Shown here piece after piece: positions 36,845 to 46,416 of a stretch of 64,000 nucleotides of DNA. Position numbers and translations under genes: made by a program. Position 1 is the stretch's first letter, and the number at the start of each line of letters is the position of its first letter. Source of the DNA: Candidatus Poribacteria bacterium (lineage in GTDB: Bacteria > Poribacteria > WGA-4E > WGA-3G). Location: assembly GCA_958295815.1 (NCBI GenBank), contig OY282374.1, positions 311,416-375,415 of the forward strand. The letters run 5' to 3'. The notes beneath the pieces were generated by a model. It saw only the letters and a list, made by a program, of their open reading frames with translations. It was not told the origin of the DNA and did no database searches.

Positions 36845-36853
36845 TTGCACCGA

Positions 36854-37234
36854 TTACAACCGTTGTCGTCCCTCAAACCCGGCCTCAATTTCATGCCAAT
36901 AGCGGATTTTCGCTTCACCGACCCGCCAACAGAGATATACCTCTTTGCCATCGCGGAGGTGTGGGAAATCAACGAGTCCTGGATCAAGTCCTTTCAGATG
37001 GCATCCACGGTCCGCAATCCGGTCAAGGATGTTCTGAAACTTTTCCGTCGCTTTGAGCAGTGCTGGCGTGTACTTACTACCACCGTTAGAGGAAACTACC
37101 TCCAATAGTGGTGTGATTTCTGCATGGTATATTGAAAGTTCGTTTCTTATGGCTCTTAATAGTGAAATCTCATCGACTAATTCGGGGATGCATTGGTTGG
37201 CTTCTTCAAGCGTAAAATATCGCTTGTCCTGCAT
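36854..37234 (-). CDS. DUF2203 family protein
   Basis: FTLEEANQCIPEL... GLVDFP...GKEVYLCWRVGE..IRYWHE is the characteristic DUF2203 pattern. Confidence 0.6.
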   Translation of the reverse strand: MQDKRYFTLEEANQCIPELVDEISLLRAIRNELSIYHAEITPLLEVVSSNGGSKYTPALLKATEKFQNILDRIADRGCHLKGLDPGLVDFPHLRDGKEVYLCWRVGEAKIRYWHEIEAGFEGRQRL

Positions 37235-37366
37235 TTATGGTCTCCTTGTGTATATAGAATTTGTATTAGCAACGCCCTAAAATTTACACTAAATTAAGAG
37301 TGATGTCAAGAAGAAGTTTCGTTCTAACGTGCTGCTTGAAGTCTTTAACGCTTATTTTTCCCAGAA

Positions 37367-39007
37367 ATGGAAAACCAAACGAAATCCGCAGAGAATAACA
37401 ATCAGAATGTCACCCGTGCCGCTGGAATCGTCAGTATCGCTGTGATGGGATCGCGGATATTGGGACTCGCACGCGAAGCCGCGATCGCATACTATTTCCG
37501 GTCGAAGTTCAGTGGCGATGCTTTTTACTTAGCATTTCGCATTCCAAATTTCCTGCGTGACCTGTTTGGCGAAGGGATCTTGAGTAAGGCGTTTATTACG
37601 ACATTTCTTGCCACAGAGACTGAAGACGGAGAAGAAGCAGCGTGGAATCTTGCAAACCGTGTCTTTAATTTAACATTCCTCATTTTAATGGGGATCACGG
37701 TTCTCGGTATCGCTTTTGCTCCGGCTATTGTTGATGTTCTTGCACGCCAGGATTTTGACGAGCAGTTGGACATTACTGAACACCACGGATTTGATACGAA
37801 AGTTGAATTAACAGTCTATCTCACCCAGTTGATGTTTCCTTATTTGCTATTTGTTTCCCTTGCAGCAATCGCGATGGGGTTATTAAATAGCAAGGGACGG
37901 TTCGGTGTTCCGGCGTGTGCGTCCTCGTTCTTTAACGTGAGTTCCCTTGTTGTTGGTATAAGTGGTTACTATTTGTGTCCATTGGCGGGGATACACCCTG
38001 TAACGGGGATGGCTATCGGGGTGTTCATAGGCGGGATCGCCCAATTCGCAATTCAGGTGCCGTCTATGTATCGCGTCGGCTTTCGCTATCGTCCGCTACT
38101 AAGCCTACGTGATCCGAGGGTCCTTCAAGTTATTCATCTGGTTGGACCTGCTATCTTAGGTGTCGCCGCGGTACAGGTGAATCAATTTACGAATACGTTC
38201 TTCATTACATCAGAATCTTCTTGGTTAACGTGGATTACACGTGCCTACCGTATCGTACATCTCCCGATTGGGATATTTGGTGTAGCGATTTCAACAGTAG
38301 CACTTCCTCAACTTGCCAAGTTCGCGACAGCCGGAGAGACAGAGAATTTTCGCAACTCGCTCTCTTACGCCCTTCGTTTGATGCTTACCTTAACAGTGCC
38401 TGCAGCGGTCGGATTGATGGTGTTGTCAGAACCTATCTGTCGGTTCCTGTATGAACGTGGTGAGACTGGGACATTGGATACAGTCGGGACTGCCGAGGTT
38501 CTGTTCATTTATGCGTTTGGCTTGTGTGGGTTTTCGGCTCTTAAAATCGTTACAGACGGGTTCTACGCCTACAAAGATATTCGCGCACCTGTCATCGTTA
38601 GTATCTGTGCCGTTATACTCAACGTTTGTCTCAATTATATGTTTATCTATCGCGAACTCTTTTTAGATCCACGTGCCGTGGTCCTTTCAACGGTTTTGAC
38701 CGTAACACTGAATTGCGCCATATTGCTGTTCCTACTTCGGCATAAGGTTGGAAGATTGGGGCTGAGAGGAATCATTCAACTAACGCTCAAAATCTTGATC
38801 GCCTCGGCTGTAATGGGGCTTGTCTGCTGGTTGGCAAGTGGATTTATTGAGCAGGATTGGCTTGGTACAGAGGGTATACTGCCGCGCGTAGTCGGCGTGT
38901 TTGCACCAATCGGATTCGGTTTGATAGCACTCGCTGGAATGTATAAGCTCCTGAAGGTTTCCGAATTCGATGACATTTTGAATATGTTCAAACGGCGACT
39001 TTTTTAG
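37367..39007 (+). CDS. murJ: Lipid II flippase MurJ
   Basis: AAGIVSIAVMGSRILGLAREAAIAYYF N-terminus, ~14 predicted TM helices, 546 aa. Confidence 0.8.
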   Translation: MENQTKSAENNNQNVTRAAGIVSIAVMGSRILGLAREAAIAYYFRSKFSGDAFYLAFRIPNFLRDLFGEGILSKAFITTFLATETEDGEEAAWNLANRVFNLTFLILMGITVLGIAFAPAIVDVLARQDFDEQLDITEHHGFDTKVELTVYLTQLMFPYLLFVSLAAIAMGLLNSKGRFGVPACASSFFNVSSLVVGISGYYLCPLAGIHPVTGMAIGVFIGGIAQFAIQVPSMYRVGFRYRPLLSLRDPRVLQVIHLVGPAILGVAAVQVNQFTNTFFITSESSWLTWITRAYRIVHLPIGIFGVAISTVALPQLAKFATAGETENFRNSLSYALRLMLTLTVPAAVGLMVLSEPICRFLYERGETGTLDTVGTAEVLFIYAFGLCGFSALKIVTDGFYAYKDIRAPVIVSICAVILNVCLNYMFIYRELFLDPRAVVLSTVLTVTLNCAILLFLLRHKVGRLGLRGIIQLTLKILIASAVMGLVCWLASGFIEQDWLGTEGILPRVVGVFAPIGFGLIALAGMYKLLKVSEFDDILNMFKRRLF

Positions 39008-39146
39008 ACTATTGAATCTGGGCTGCCCTTCCGTTGTCAGGGCGGTTCTCCGATCGTTAAAAAACTGTTTCAAACCTAAATAGGATTTTTAACAATTTTA
39101 AATCGGCGTTGACAACGGAAACGCCGTCCAGGATGCATAATTAAAA

Positions 39147-39926
39147 ATGTTAACAAAACGGATAATTCCATGTTTAGATGTACGCGCAGGAAAGGTTACC
39201 AAAGGTATCGCTTTTCAGGGTAATGTTGATGTAGGGGATCCCGTTGAGATGGCGCGATTTTATTATGAAGGCGGTGCCGATGAACTCGTCTTTTACGACA
39301 TCACGGCGAGCAATGAACGACGTGATATAATGATTGATGTCGTCTCCGCTGTTGCTGCCGAAATCTTTATCCCGTTTTCGGTCGGTGGCGGGTTGCGGAC
39401 GCTTGAGGATATGCGCCGCGTCCTACTCGCCGGTGCAGAGAAGGTGAGCATAGATTCCGGTGCTGTTCGGAATCCTGAGATCATCGCGGAGGGTGCACGG
39501 GCATTCGGCAGTCAGTGCGTCGTGTTGAGCATGCAGGTGAAACACGTCCCGAAAAGCGAGCAGATTCCAAGCGGTTATGAAATTTACATAGACGGTGGGA
39601 GAAGACCGGTCGGTTGGGACGCCTTGGAGTGGTCGGCACGCGGTGTTGACTTGGGTGCTGGCGAGATTGTCGTCAATAGCATTGATGCAGATGGCACAAA
39701 AGCGGGATATGAACTTGAATTGACGGGTGCTATCGCTGATTTAGTCCCAGTCCCAGTAATCGCTTCTGGGGGCGCAGGAAATCCACAGCACTTGCGGGAT
39801 GTCTTCGTCGAAAGTAACGCAGATGCCGCAATCGTCGCCTCTATCACACACTACGGCGAATTCACAATTGATAACATCAAAACCTATCTTACGGATGAGG
39901 GTGTAAGTGTACGAGACACATGGTAA
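39147..39926 (+). CDS. hisF: Imidazole glycerol phosphate synthase cyclase subunit
   Basis: [37 protein letters not shown]. Confidence 0.85.
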   Translation: MLTKRIIPCLDVRAGKVTKGIAFQGNVDVGDPVEMARFYYEGGADELVFYDITASNERRDIMIDVVSAVAAEIFIPFSVGGGLRTLEDMRRVLLAGAEKVSIDSGAVRNPEIIAEGARAFGSQCVVLSMQVKHVPKSEQIPSGYEIYIDGGRRPVGWDALEWSARGVDLGAGEIVVNSIDADGTKAGYELELTGAIADLVPVPVIASGGAGNPQHLRDVFVESNADAAIVASITHYGEFTIDNIKTYLTDEGVSVRDTW

Positions 39927-40042
39927 AGTGGCTGTCAGCGATTAGCAGTCAGAAAGAGAACCTTGTGGCAGAAAGCGACAGGCAACTGCTACATACCGAT
40001 TAACCAATGGCTGAAAGCCGATAGCCGAAGAATGGAGAAAAT

Positions 40043-40945
40043 ATGGAGCCTAAATTACCTGATTCAAGAAATGAAAGTATTTTAATCCACGTCAATGGTG
40101 AACTACTACCCCGTGAAGACGCGAAAATCTCTGTGTTCGATAGCCTGGTCCAAGGAGGAGACGGTGTATGGGAAGGTTTGCGTGTCTATAACGGAAAAAT
40201 CTTTGCTTTGGATCCACATCTTGATCGACTTATCGATTCTGCACACGCTATGGCATTCGCTGGTATTCCAACGCGCGATGAAATTAAAAAGGTGATCTTC
40301 GAGACGCTTGATGCCAACGGTATGCGGGATGGTGTTCATATCCGTCTAACGCTCAGTCGAGGGAAAAAGGTCACATCTAGTATGGACGCACGCGTCAATC
40401 AATATGGGACTACCTTGATTGTGCTTGCGGAGTGGAAGCCTCCGATCTATGCCAGTAGCGGTATCCGTTTAATCACTTCAGCGATCCGACGGAATCCACC
40501 ACAGTGTGTTGACTCTAAAATCCACCACAATAACCTGATTAACAATATCCTTGCTAAAATTGAGGCAAACGTTGCAGGGGTGGACGATGCGATTATGCTT
40601 GATATTTTTGGGTATGTTTCAGAGACCAATGCGACAAATATGTTTCTTGTGAAGCGCGGTGCGGTCCTGACGCCACACGCTGATAGTTGCTTACCTGGAA
40701 TTACGCGAGGCACGGTTATTCAGATCGCTCGCGACGCTGGTATACCGTTGACAGAGCGAAACGTCTCGTTGACTGAGGTCTACACTGCAGATGAAGTATT
40801 CACGACAGGAACTGTGGGTGAGTTGAGTCCAGTCTTAGAGGTTGATGGCAGGAAGATTGGCGAAGAGGGTATCCGTCCAGTGACGACCCGACTGCAGGAA
40901 CTCTATGCAGAACTGACTGCTAACGAGGGTGAACCGCTGCCATAG
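40043..40945 (+). CDS. Class IV aminotransferase (branched-chain amino acid aminotransferase-like)
   Basis: 300 aa. EGLRVYNGKIFALDPHLDRLIDSA and LPGITRG are typical of fold-type IV PLP enzymes. Confidence 0.7.
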   Translation: MEPKLPDSRNESILIHVNGELLPREDAKISVFDSLVQGGDGVWEGLRVYNGKIFALDPHLDRLIDSAHAMAFAGIPTRDEIKKVIFETLDANGMRDGVHIRLTLSRGKKVTSSMDARVNQYGTTLIVLAEWKPPIYASSGIRLITSAIRRNPPQCVDSKIHHNNLINNILAKIEANVAGVDDAIMLDIFGYVSETNATNMFLVKRGAVLTPHADSCLPGITRGTVIQIARDAGIPLTERNVSLTEVYTADEVFTTGTVGELSPVLEVDGRKIGEEGIRPVTTRLQELYAELTANEGEPLP

Positions 40946-41031
40946 GCGCGGTTTGATAAAAGGATGGAAAAATGGAGGAACGGCAGGATGAAAGAAGAGT
41001 CTTTAGCCAGTTCACCGATATTTTTTGAGGT

Positions 41032-41373
41032 CTAAGCAGGTAACAGCAGCACAAATAATCCTCGATTGGCATCTCTTGCAAAGGTTTGGATATCCGAGTA
41101 ATGATTTCTCAAGTTATCTTCAACACTCCTTGTTGAACAATTCCCTAGACCGACCCAAATTACTTTTGGCGGAGGCCCGTAAACGGTGCTTCTATGCCTA
41201 AAGTCTGCATCTTTTGATACGATAAGATAATCGTTGTTACGAGCGTAATCCCATAACTCAGTATCGTCTACGACATCTAATCCAGCATCCTGGACATGAG
41301 TGGAATTAGGAAACAGATCCGCCAGCAGATTCACAAGATTCGGCGATAGGTTCTGATCGAATAGGAGTTTCAT
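41032..41373 (-). CDS. DUF5615 (PIN-like) toxin candidate
   Basis: MKLLFDQNLSPNLVNLLADLFP..., partnered with an upstream DUF433 gene. Start chosen at the conserved MKLLFDQN. Confidence 0.6.
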   Translation of the reverse strand: MKLLFDQNLSPNLVNLLADLFPNSTHVQDAGLDVVDDTELWDYARNNDYLIVSKDADFRHRSTVYGPPPKVIWVGLGNCSTRSVEDNLRNHYSDIQTFARDANRGLFVLLLPA

Positions 41374-41599
41374 TGGTGTAAACAACTATCTGCGATTTTT
41401 TCCAGTCGGCGGCGTACGCAAAACAGGCTCGAATATCCGTTTCAGTTAAATAGGGAAAATCATTAAGAATTTCCGCCACTGTCATACCTGATGCAAGATA
41501 TTCAAAGATATCATAAACGGTGATCCGCATGCCTCGAATGCACGGTTGCCCGCTACGTTTGCCCGGTTCAACGGTAATAATGCCTGTGTAGTCGTTCAT
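41306..41599 (-). CDS. DUF433 antitoxin candidate
   Basis: GKRSGQPCIRGMRITVYDIFEYLASGMTVAEILNDFPYLTETDIRACFAYAA. The 3' end overlaps the DUF5615 start. Confidence 0.6.
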   Translation of the reverse strand: MNDYTGIITVEPGKRSGQPCIRGMRITVYDIFEYLASGMTVAEILNDFPYLTETDIRACFAYAADWKKSQIVVYTNETPIRSEPIAESCESAGGSVS

Positions 41600-41842
41600 T
41601 GCTGTTCCCTCATTGGTAATACCAAATCTGAAAAATAAATTCGCATTTAAAAGATTTTGAAACTCTATGAAGCCGAATGTAAGAGGCGCGTGAATTGCGC
41701 TACTACGAACCGGTTTTTCGTTAATGAGAAACGATTATTCAAAAATGGTATAGGTTTCAAGCTTACTTATTCTAAAGTATACACGAAAAATTTTGAAAAA
41801 GCAAGCGATTCAGATTTCTAAGCAGCATCATTTCCCTATCAC

Positions 41843-43246
41843 TCATATCTCAAGGCGGATAAAGGCGAGATACGCACCCGACATCAGGACTACCAAAAAC
41901 AACACCAATAGCAATAAATCCGTCGCTGCTGTGTTGAAATCGCGGTTGAGACTGAGCGTGTCTTTAAATTTGGGGATCGCCTCTGGACTGACAGGCTTCT
42001 GCGACATGCCTTCGCGAATACCAACGACATGAAGGCTCGCTGGATCTGCCCTATCCGTATCAACAACGAATTCACGGTATTCACGGGCATAACGCTGCAC
42101 ATTCTCGATAAACTGCAAATGTCGTTCAAATCCTGTTCCAGCGAAGGATTCAAAGAGCCGTTGAACAATTGCCGCCGGTGAGATCCGAGTTATCGCACGC
42201 GCTCGTTTCCCTTGCATAATCTGTTCCTTCAAATACGCTTCATTGTAACGTTCGTGTTCTTCTGCTTCTTTGCTGACGTACTCGCCGAGTACATGCACTG
42301 GTGGTTTAGTCTGTGAACCGCCGTATTTGTCTTGGTATGCCGCGCGAGCCTCATCTGAGAGTCGGATGCGCTGGTTCCAAAATTCCACGTATGCTATTGG
42401 TACTGAGATTCGACTGCCGATAGATGCCAGAGTGTTAGGCATAAAAACCACAAAACTAACCCAGATTAAAAGCAAAACGACAAGGCTCACCCCACTCTCT
42501 CGCACCGCTGCTGAGATGAGGAGTCCCAAAGCAATAAAGAGACTGGCGTAAAGGATGACGATAGCGTATAAGATACCTAAACGTCCCCATGCTCCAGCAT
42601 TGAGTTGCACGGCATCTGATGTAGAGATTAGGAGTAGATTCATTAGCACCGCAATCGCAAACGGCATGTTAACACTGATAAACGCACCTAAGAACTTACC
42701 AATCAGCACAGTATGCCGTGGAACAGAATTTGCCAAGGTCAACCGTAATGTTCCCCGTTCCAGTTCGCCAGAGATTGTGTCAAAAGTAAACAGGATTGCC
42801 ACGAAACTCAGCACATAGCTGACGATGAATGCCCAATCCAGTGTTGTGAAATCAGGACGGATATTGTGGAGACTCGGTGTTTCTTGTGGGTACCCCATCC
42901 GCCAGACAGCAGTTAGGTTGGCAATGTCGCGAATATAGTTCCTGCCATCAGCGTGCTTTGGTAGAAACACCTCATCACCTTCTGCACAGAAACGGAGGGG
43001 TGAGGGTATTTTATGGAGGCCTCCAGGACCTTCTGTCGCAAGGCGATATAAACTTGTACTGCGTGCTTCTAATGCCTTCACAGCGTCGGCAGCGGCGTTG
43101 TGATATGCTTGTGTCCGCGCCGGGTGTTCTCGCAAATACACAACTGCATTGGTCAGCATCAGTGCCAACAGGAGAACCGTCGCCAATGCGAATCGGAGAC
43201 TATTGAGGTTATCGTAGAGTTCACGTTTTGCGATATGCCAAATCAT
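41843..43246 (-). CDS. ABC-2/NosY-like membrane protein, type A paralog (pair 2)
   Basis: MIWHIAKRELYDNLNSLRFAL; ISGELERGTLRL; ISPAAIVQRLFESFAGTGFERH; ends IRLEI. Confidence 0.75.
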   Translation of the reverse strand: MIWHIAKRELYDNLNSLRFALATVLLLALMLTNAVVYLREHPARTQAYHNAAADAVKALEARSTSLYRLATEGPGGLHKIPSPLRFCAEGDEVFLPKHADGRNYIRDIANLTAVWRMGYPQETPSLHNIRPDFTTLDWAFIVSYVLSFVAILFTFDTISGELERGTLRLTLANSVPRHTVLIGKFLGAFISVNMPFAIAVLMNLLLISTSDAVQLNAGAWGRLGILYAIVILYASLFIALGLLISAAVRESGVSLVVLLLIWVSFVVFMPNTLASIGSRISVPIAYVEFWNQRIRLSDEARAAYQDKYGGSQTKPPVHVLGEYVSKEAEEHERYNEAYLKEQIMQGKRARAITRISPAAIVQRLFESFAGTGFERHLQFIENVQRYAREYREFVVDTDRADPASLHVVGIREGMSQKPVSPEAIPKFKDTLSLNRDFNTAATDLLLLVLFLVVLMSGAYLAFIRLEI

Positions 43247-43362
43247 TTTTTGTTGTTGGTTATAAGTTATAAGTTGTAGGTCAGAAAGTCTTGGACTCAG
43301 AAAATTCATCGCACAGTCAGACGGCTTAACCAAGTACCAAGTACCAAAAACCAACAACCATT
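43247..43362. repeat. Type-1 intra-pair intergenic element
   Basis: Homologous to 20884-21006. Contains ACCAAGTACCAAGTACC and GGTTATAAGTTATAAGTTG. Confidence 0.6.
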
Positions 43363-44856
43363 TTACACTTCACTTCTGATAAAAATAAGAACTATCCCCA
43401 TAAATAAAACGAGGTTACATATCAATAATAGAAACAGATCCGGTAATGCACGTTTCGCATTTGTTCCAACGTCTCTTCTCTCAAAAGTAAACCGCGGGAG
43501 TGTGCTCCAATCTACCGGTCCTTTATCGGCAACAAACCACTCTCGTGATGAAAACGCATCCGTCGCGTAAAGATAGTCAATCACGACTCTCCGATACCGT
43601 CGTGTCGCATCGAAAAAATCTCTGAGGCCGAGTAGGTCTGTCCCTGCCCACGCCTGCGTTGCAGCGTCATAAATACCCACGGGTGATAACTTCAACAGTG
43701 CTCTATCCATCACGGCTTGTCGAACAAAAATATCATCAAGTGCCTGCTTCTGGACAAGCCACGCCTTGTCTGCGGCATTGGTGGCGAGTGGTTCAACGAA
43801 AGAATAATATTTCTTAGCAATAGGGACATACTTTTCAAAGTCAGGTGGGATTTCTGAAATAAGGCTCATATTTTCGAGGTAAGGTGAGAGGGTTACTGAA
43901 TCTACGTGCGCGTCGGTATAAAGACTCACCGCCTCGATAAACTGCGATGCATCTCCGATAACACTCTTGTTTTCAAGAAACTTTTTCCGCTCCCTTTCAT
44001 ATTCATCTACAATTTGTTGAATCTGGTTTTTAGCTGTTTTCGTGCGCTCTTGAACATCGGCACTCGGGTTAACTGTCGCCCGAATTAGGTTCGGGTACAC
44101 GAGTATCAGAAAACCCCATACGAACATCGCGAGCATTAGTGCTGTGCCGGTTCTACGTGTCGCTACGGAAATCAACAACCCAATGAGGTAAAATAGGGAT
44201 AGATACGCGAACGACGTAAAAACAATTCCAGCGATGCGGAGAAAATCGTCAGTTGACAATGGAATCGAACGGGTTAGCAAAAGCAGGGCAAAAAGCAGAC
44301 TCAATATCAGGGGAACCAGTAGACACGCCATAGCACTGATATATTTTGCAAGTAGGATCTGCCCGCGGCGGATAGGCTGTGCGAGGACGAGACGTAACGT
44401 CCCGCGTTCACGTTCCCCAGCAATAGCATCGTAGGCGAATATCAATCCCATTAGGCTGAGAATTACCTCAAAAACAAAGACAATATCAATTGAAGAAAAG
44501 AAGGCGATAAACGGATTGTCGGTACCGTGCATTTGGGCGTCCCAGAGTGTTGGCACAAATCCGTGATAGATACCAGTGAGATTTCCCAAGCGTTTATCTA
44601 ATCCGACATTGAAAATGCTTAACGGATTCGGAGCACGGTCAACGAACAGATACGCAGTAGAATAGGTTTTGGAATTACGTAACTCTTGATGATGCATTTT
44701 GACCGCATTGTTATAACTCTCCAAACGTTGTTCATAATCTTGAATAAGCACTGCCGTGTTTACAACAACGAGCAGCAGCGTGATGAGCAGCACTGCTGCG
44801 AAACGGAAGGTCATTAGATTATTGAGCAGTTCCCTACCAATAAGTGCTTTAAGCAT
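43363..44856 (-). CDS. ABC-2/NosY-like membrane protein, type B paralog (pair 2)
   Basis: MLKALIGRELLNNLMTFRF; AGERERGTLRL; LSPVGIYDAATQAWAGTDL; ends RSEV. Confidence 0.75.
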   Translation of the reverse strand: MLKALIGRELLNNLMTFRFAAVLLITLLLVVVNTAVLIQDYEQRLESYNNAVKMHHQELRNSKTYSTAYLFVDRAPNPLSIFNVGLDKRLGNLTGIYHGFVPTLWDAQMHGTDNPFIAFFSSIDIVFVFEVILSLMGLIFAYDAIAGERERGTLRLVLAQPIRRGQILLAKYISAMACLLVPLILSLLFALLLLTRSIPLSTDDFLRIAGIVFTSFAYLSLFYLIGLLISVATRRTGTALMLAMFVWGFLILVYPNLIRATVNPSADVQERTKTAKNQIQQIVDEYERERKKFLENKSVIGDASQFIEAVSLYTDAHVDSVTLSPYLENMSLISEIPPDFEKYVPIAKKYYSFVEPLATNAADKAWLVQKQALDDIFVRQAVMDRALLKLSPVGIYDAATQAWAGTDLLGLRDFFDATRRYRRVVIDYLYATDAFSSREWFVADKGPVDWSTLPRFTFERRDVGTNAKRALPDLFLLLICNLVLFMGIVLIFIRSEV

Positions 44857-44862
44857 TTTAAA

Positions 44863-46263
44863 TCACACCTCAACACGTACAAACGCGAGATACGCGCTCG
44901 ATAGTAGGACGACAACAAACAAGATTAACAATAGCAACTCCGTCGCAGCGGTATTAAAGTCCTTGCTGAGACTCAATGTATCTTCAAACCTCGGAATTGC
45001 TTCTGGACTCACCGGCTTCTGTGACATCCCTTCACGAACACCAATAAGATGGAGACTCTGTAGATCAGTTCTATCGGTTTCAACGATGAATTCGCTGTAT
45101 TGTCGACCGTAATGCTGCGCGTTTTCCAAAAATTGCAAGTGCCGCTCAAAGCCAGTTCCGGCAAAGGATTCAAGAAGATGCTGGACAATCGCAGCAGGTG
45201 AAATCTGGGTAATTGATCGCGCTCGTTGAACTTGTTCAACCTGCTGCATTAAACGTTTTTCAATCAGGCGGTCCTGTTCTACTTTGTCTTGAGTGACCAA
45301 CCGACTTCCCACCTGCATATCCTGCAACTTAGATACGCCTGTTTTCTGATGGTACTCCTCCCAGAGTTTGTCATTGATTTGGTATCGGCGTACTTGAAGT
45401 TCATCAGCGGACATCGGAGACGAAAAACCACTCGCGATTGAGGCGAGGATGCTGGGCATAAAAACCACGAAGGTGACCCATGTCAACAAAAGTATCACAA
45501 GACTTACCGCACTGCGTTGGACACGCGCCGACACGAGCAGCCCTAATGCTAGAAACAGACACGTGTACAGGAGCGCAATAAAGAAAACGATGCCTATACG
45601 TCCCCACGCATCCGCACCAAGATGGACAGCACTTGACGTGGAAATCACCAGAAGATTTATCAATACTGCCAGTGCGAAGGAGATGTTGACGCTTATCAAC
45701 GCACCTAAAAATTTACCTATGAGGACGGTATGGCGTGGAACCGAATTTGCTAATATCAAACGTAAGGTTCCGCGTTCACGTTCACCACTGACGGAATCAA
45801 AGGTGAATAGCAGGGCAATTAGACTCAATGCATAGCCAATGACGAATGCCCAGTCCACTTTGGTAACGTCTGGACGAATGTTTGTCAGATTAGGGGTCGC
45901 CGCCGGATACTGCATTCGCCAGAAACTACCTAAGTCATCTGTATCCCAAAAGTAATAGTGTGCCTCAACAGCACTTGACAAAAAGGTGTCGCCCCCTTCT
46001 GCGCAGAAATGAAGAGGAGAAGGCTTTTTGTAAAGTTTTCCAGGACCCTTTCGTGCGAGGTCGTATAAACTGTCTGCCCGCGACTCTAAGACATTGCGTG
46101 CGTCTACAACAGAAGAGAGATACTTCTGTATTCTCGCCGGATGCTCTTGGAGATGCACAACAGCATTGGTCAGCATTAATCCCAACAACAACACCATTGT
46201 GAGGGCAAACCGAAGGCTATTCAGATTATCATAGAGTTCGCGTTTTGCGATATGCCAAATCAT
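44863..46263 (-). CDS. ABC-2/NosY-like membrane protein, type A paralog (pair 3)
   Basis: Same conserved N-terminus, SGERERGTLRL, ISPAAIVQHLLESFAGTGFERH, ends RVEV. The stop lies 6 nt upstream of the B2 start. Confidence 0.75.
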   Translation of the reverse strand: MIWHIAKRELYDNLNSLRFALTMVLLLGLMLTNAVVHLQEHPARIQKYLSSVVDARNVLESRADSLYDLARKGPGKLYKKPSPLHFCAEGGDTFLSSAVEAHYYFWDTDDLGSFWRMQYPAATPNLTNIRPDVTKVDWAFVIGYALSLIALLFTFDSVSGERERGTLRLILANSVPRHTVLIGKFLGALISVNISFALAVLINLLVISTSSAVHLGADAWGRIGIVFFIALLYTCLFLALGLLVSARVQRSAVSLVILLLTWVTFVVFMPSILASIASGFSSPMSADELQVRRYQINDKLWEEYHQKTGVSKLQDMQVGSRLVTQDKVEQDRLIEKRLMQQVEQVQRARSITQISPAAIVQHLLESFAGTGFERHLQFLENAQHYGRQYSEFIVETDRTDLQSLHLIGVREGMSQKPVSPEAIPRFEDTLSLSKDFNTAATELLLLILFVVVLLSSAYLAFVRVEV

Positions 46264-46416
46264 TTTTGGGTTCTCGGTTGTGGGTACGGCGACTGCGTCG
46301 CCTTTAGGTCGTCAGTTAAATCCTGTGTTGGTCGAAAAGGTTTTCAATGCCGCAAATCTCATAACTCATAACTCATAACCCAAAGGGTTGCGCAGCAACC
46401 CGTACTTATAACTATT
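46264..46416. repeat. Type-2 intra-pair intergenic element with two perfect palindromes
   Basis: GGCGAC-TGC-GTCGCC (46288-46302), a CTCATAA x3 heptamer tract, and GGGTTGC-GCA-GCAACCC (46385-46401). Copies occur in pairs 4, 5 and 7. Confidence 0.8.
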
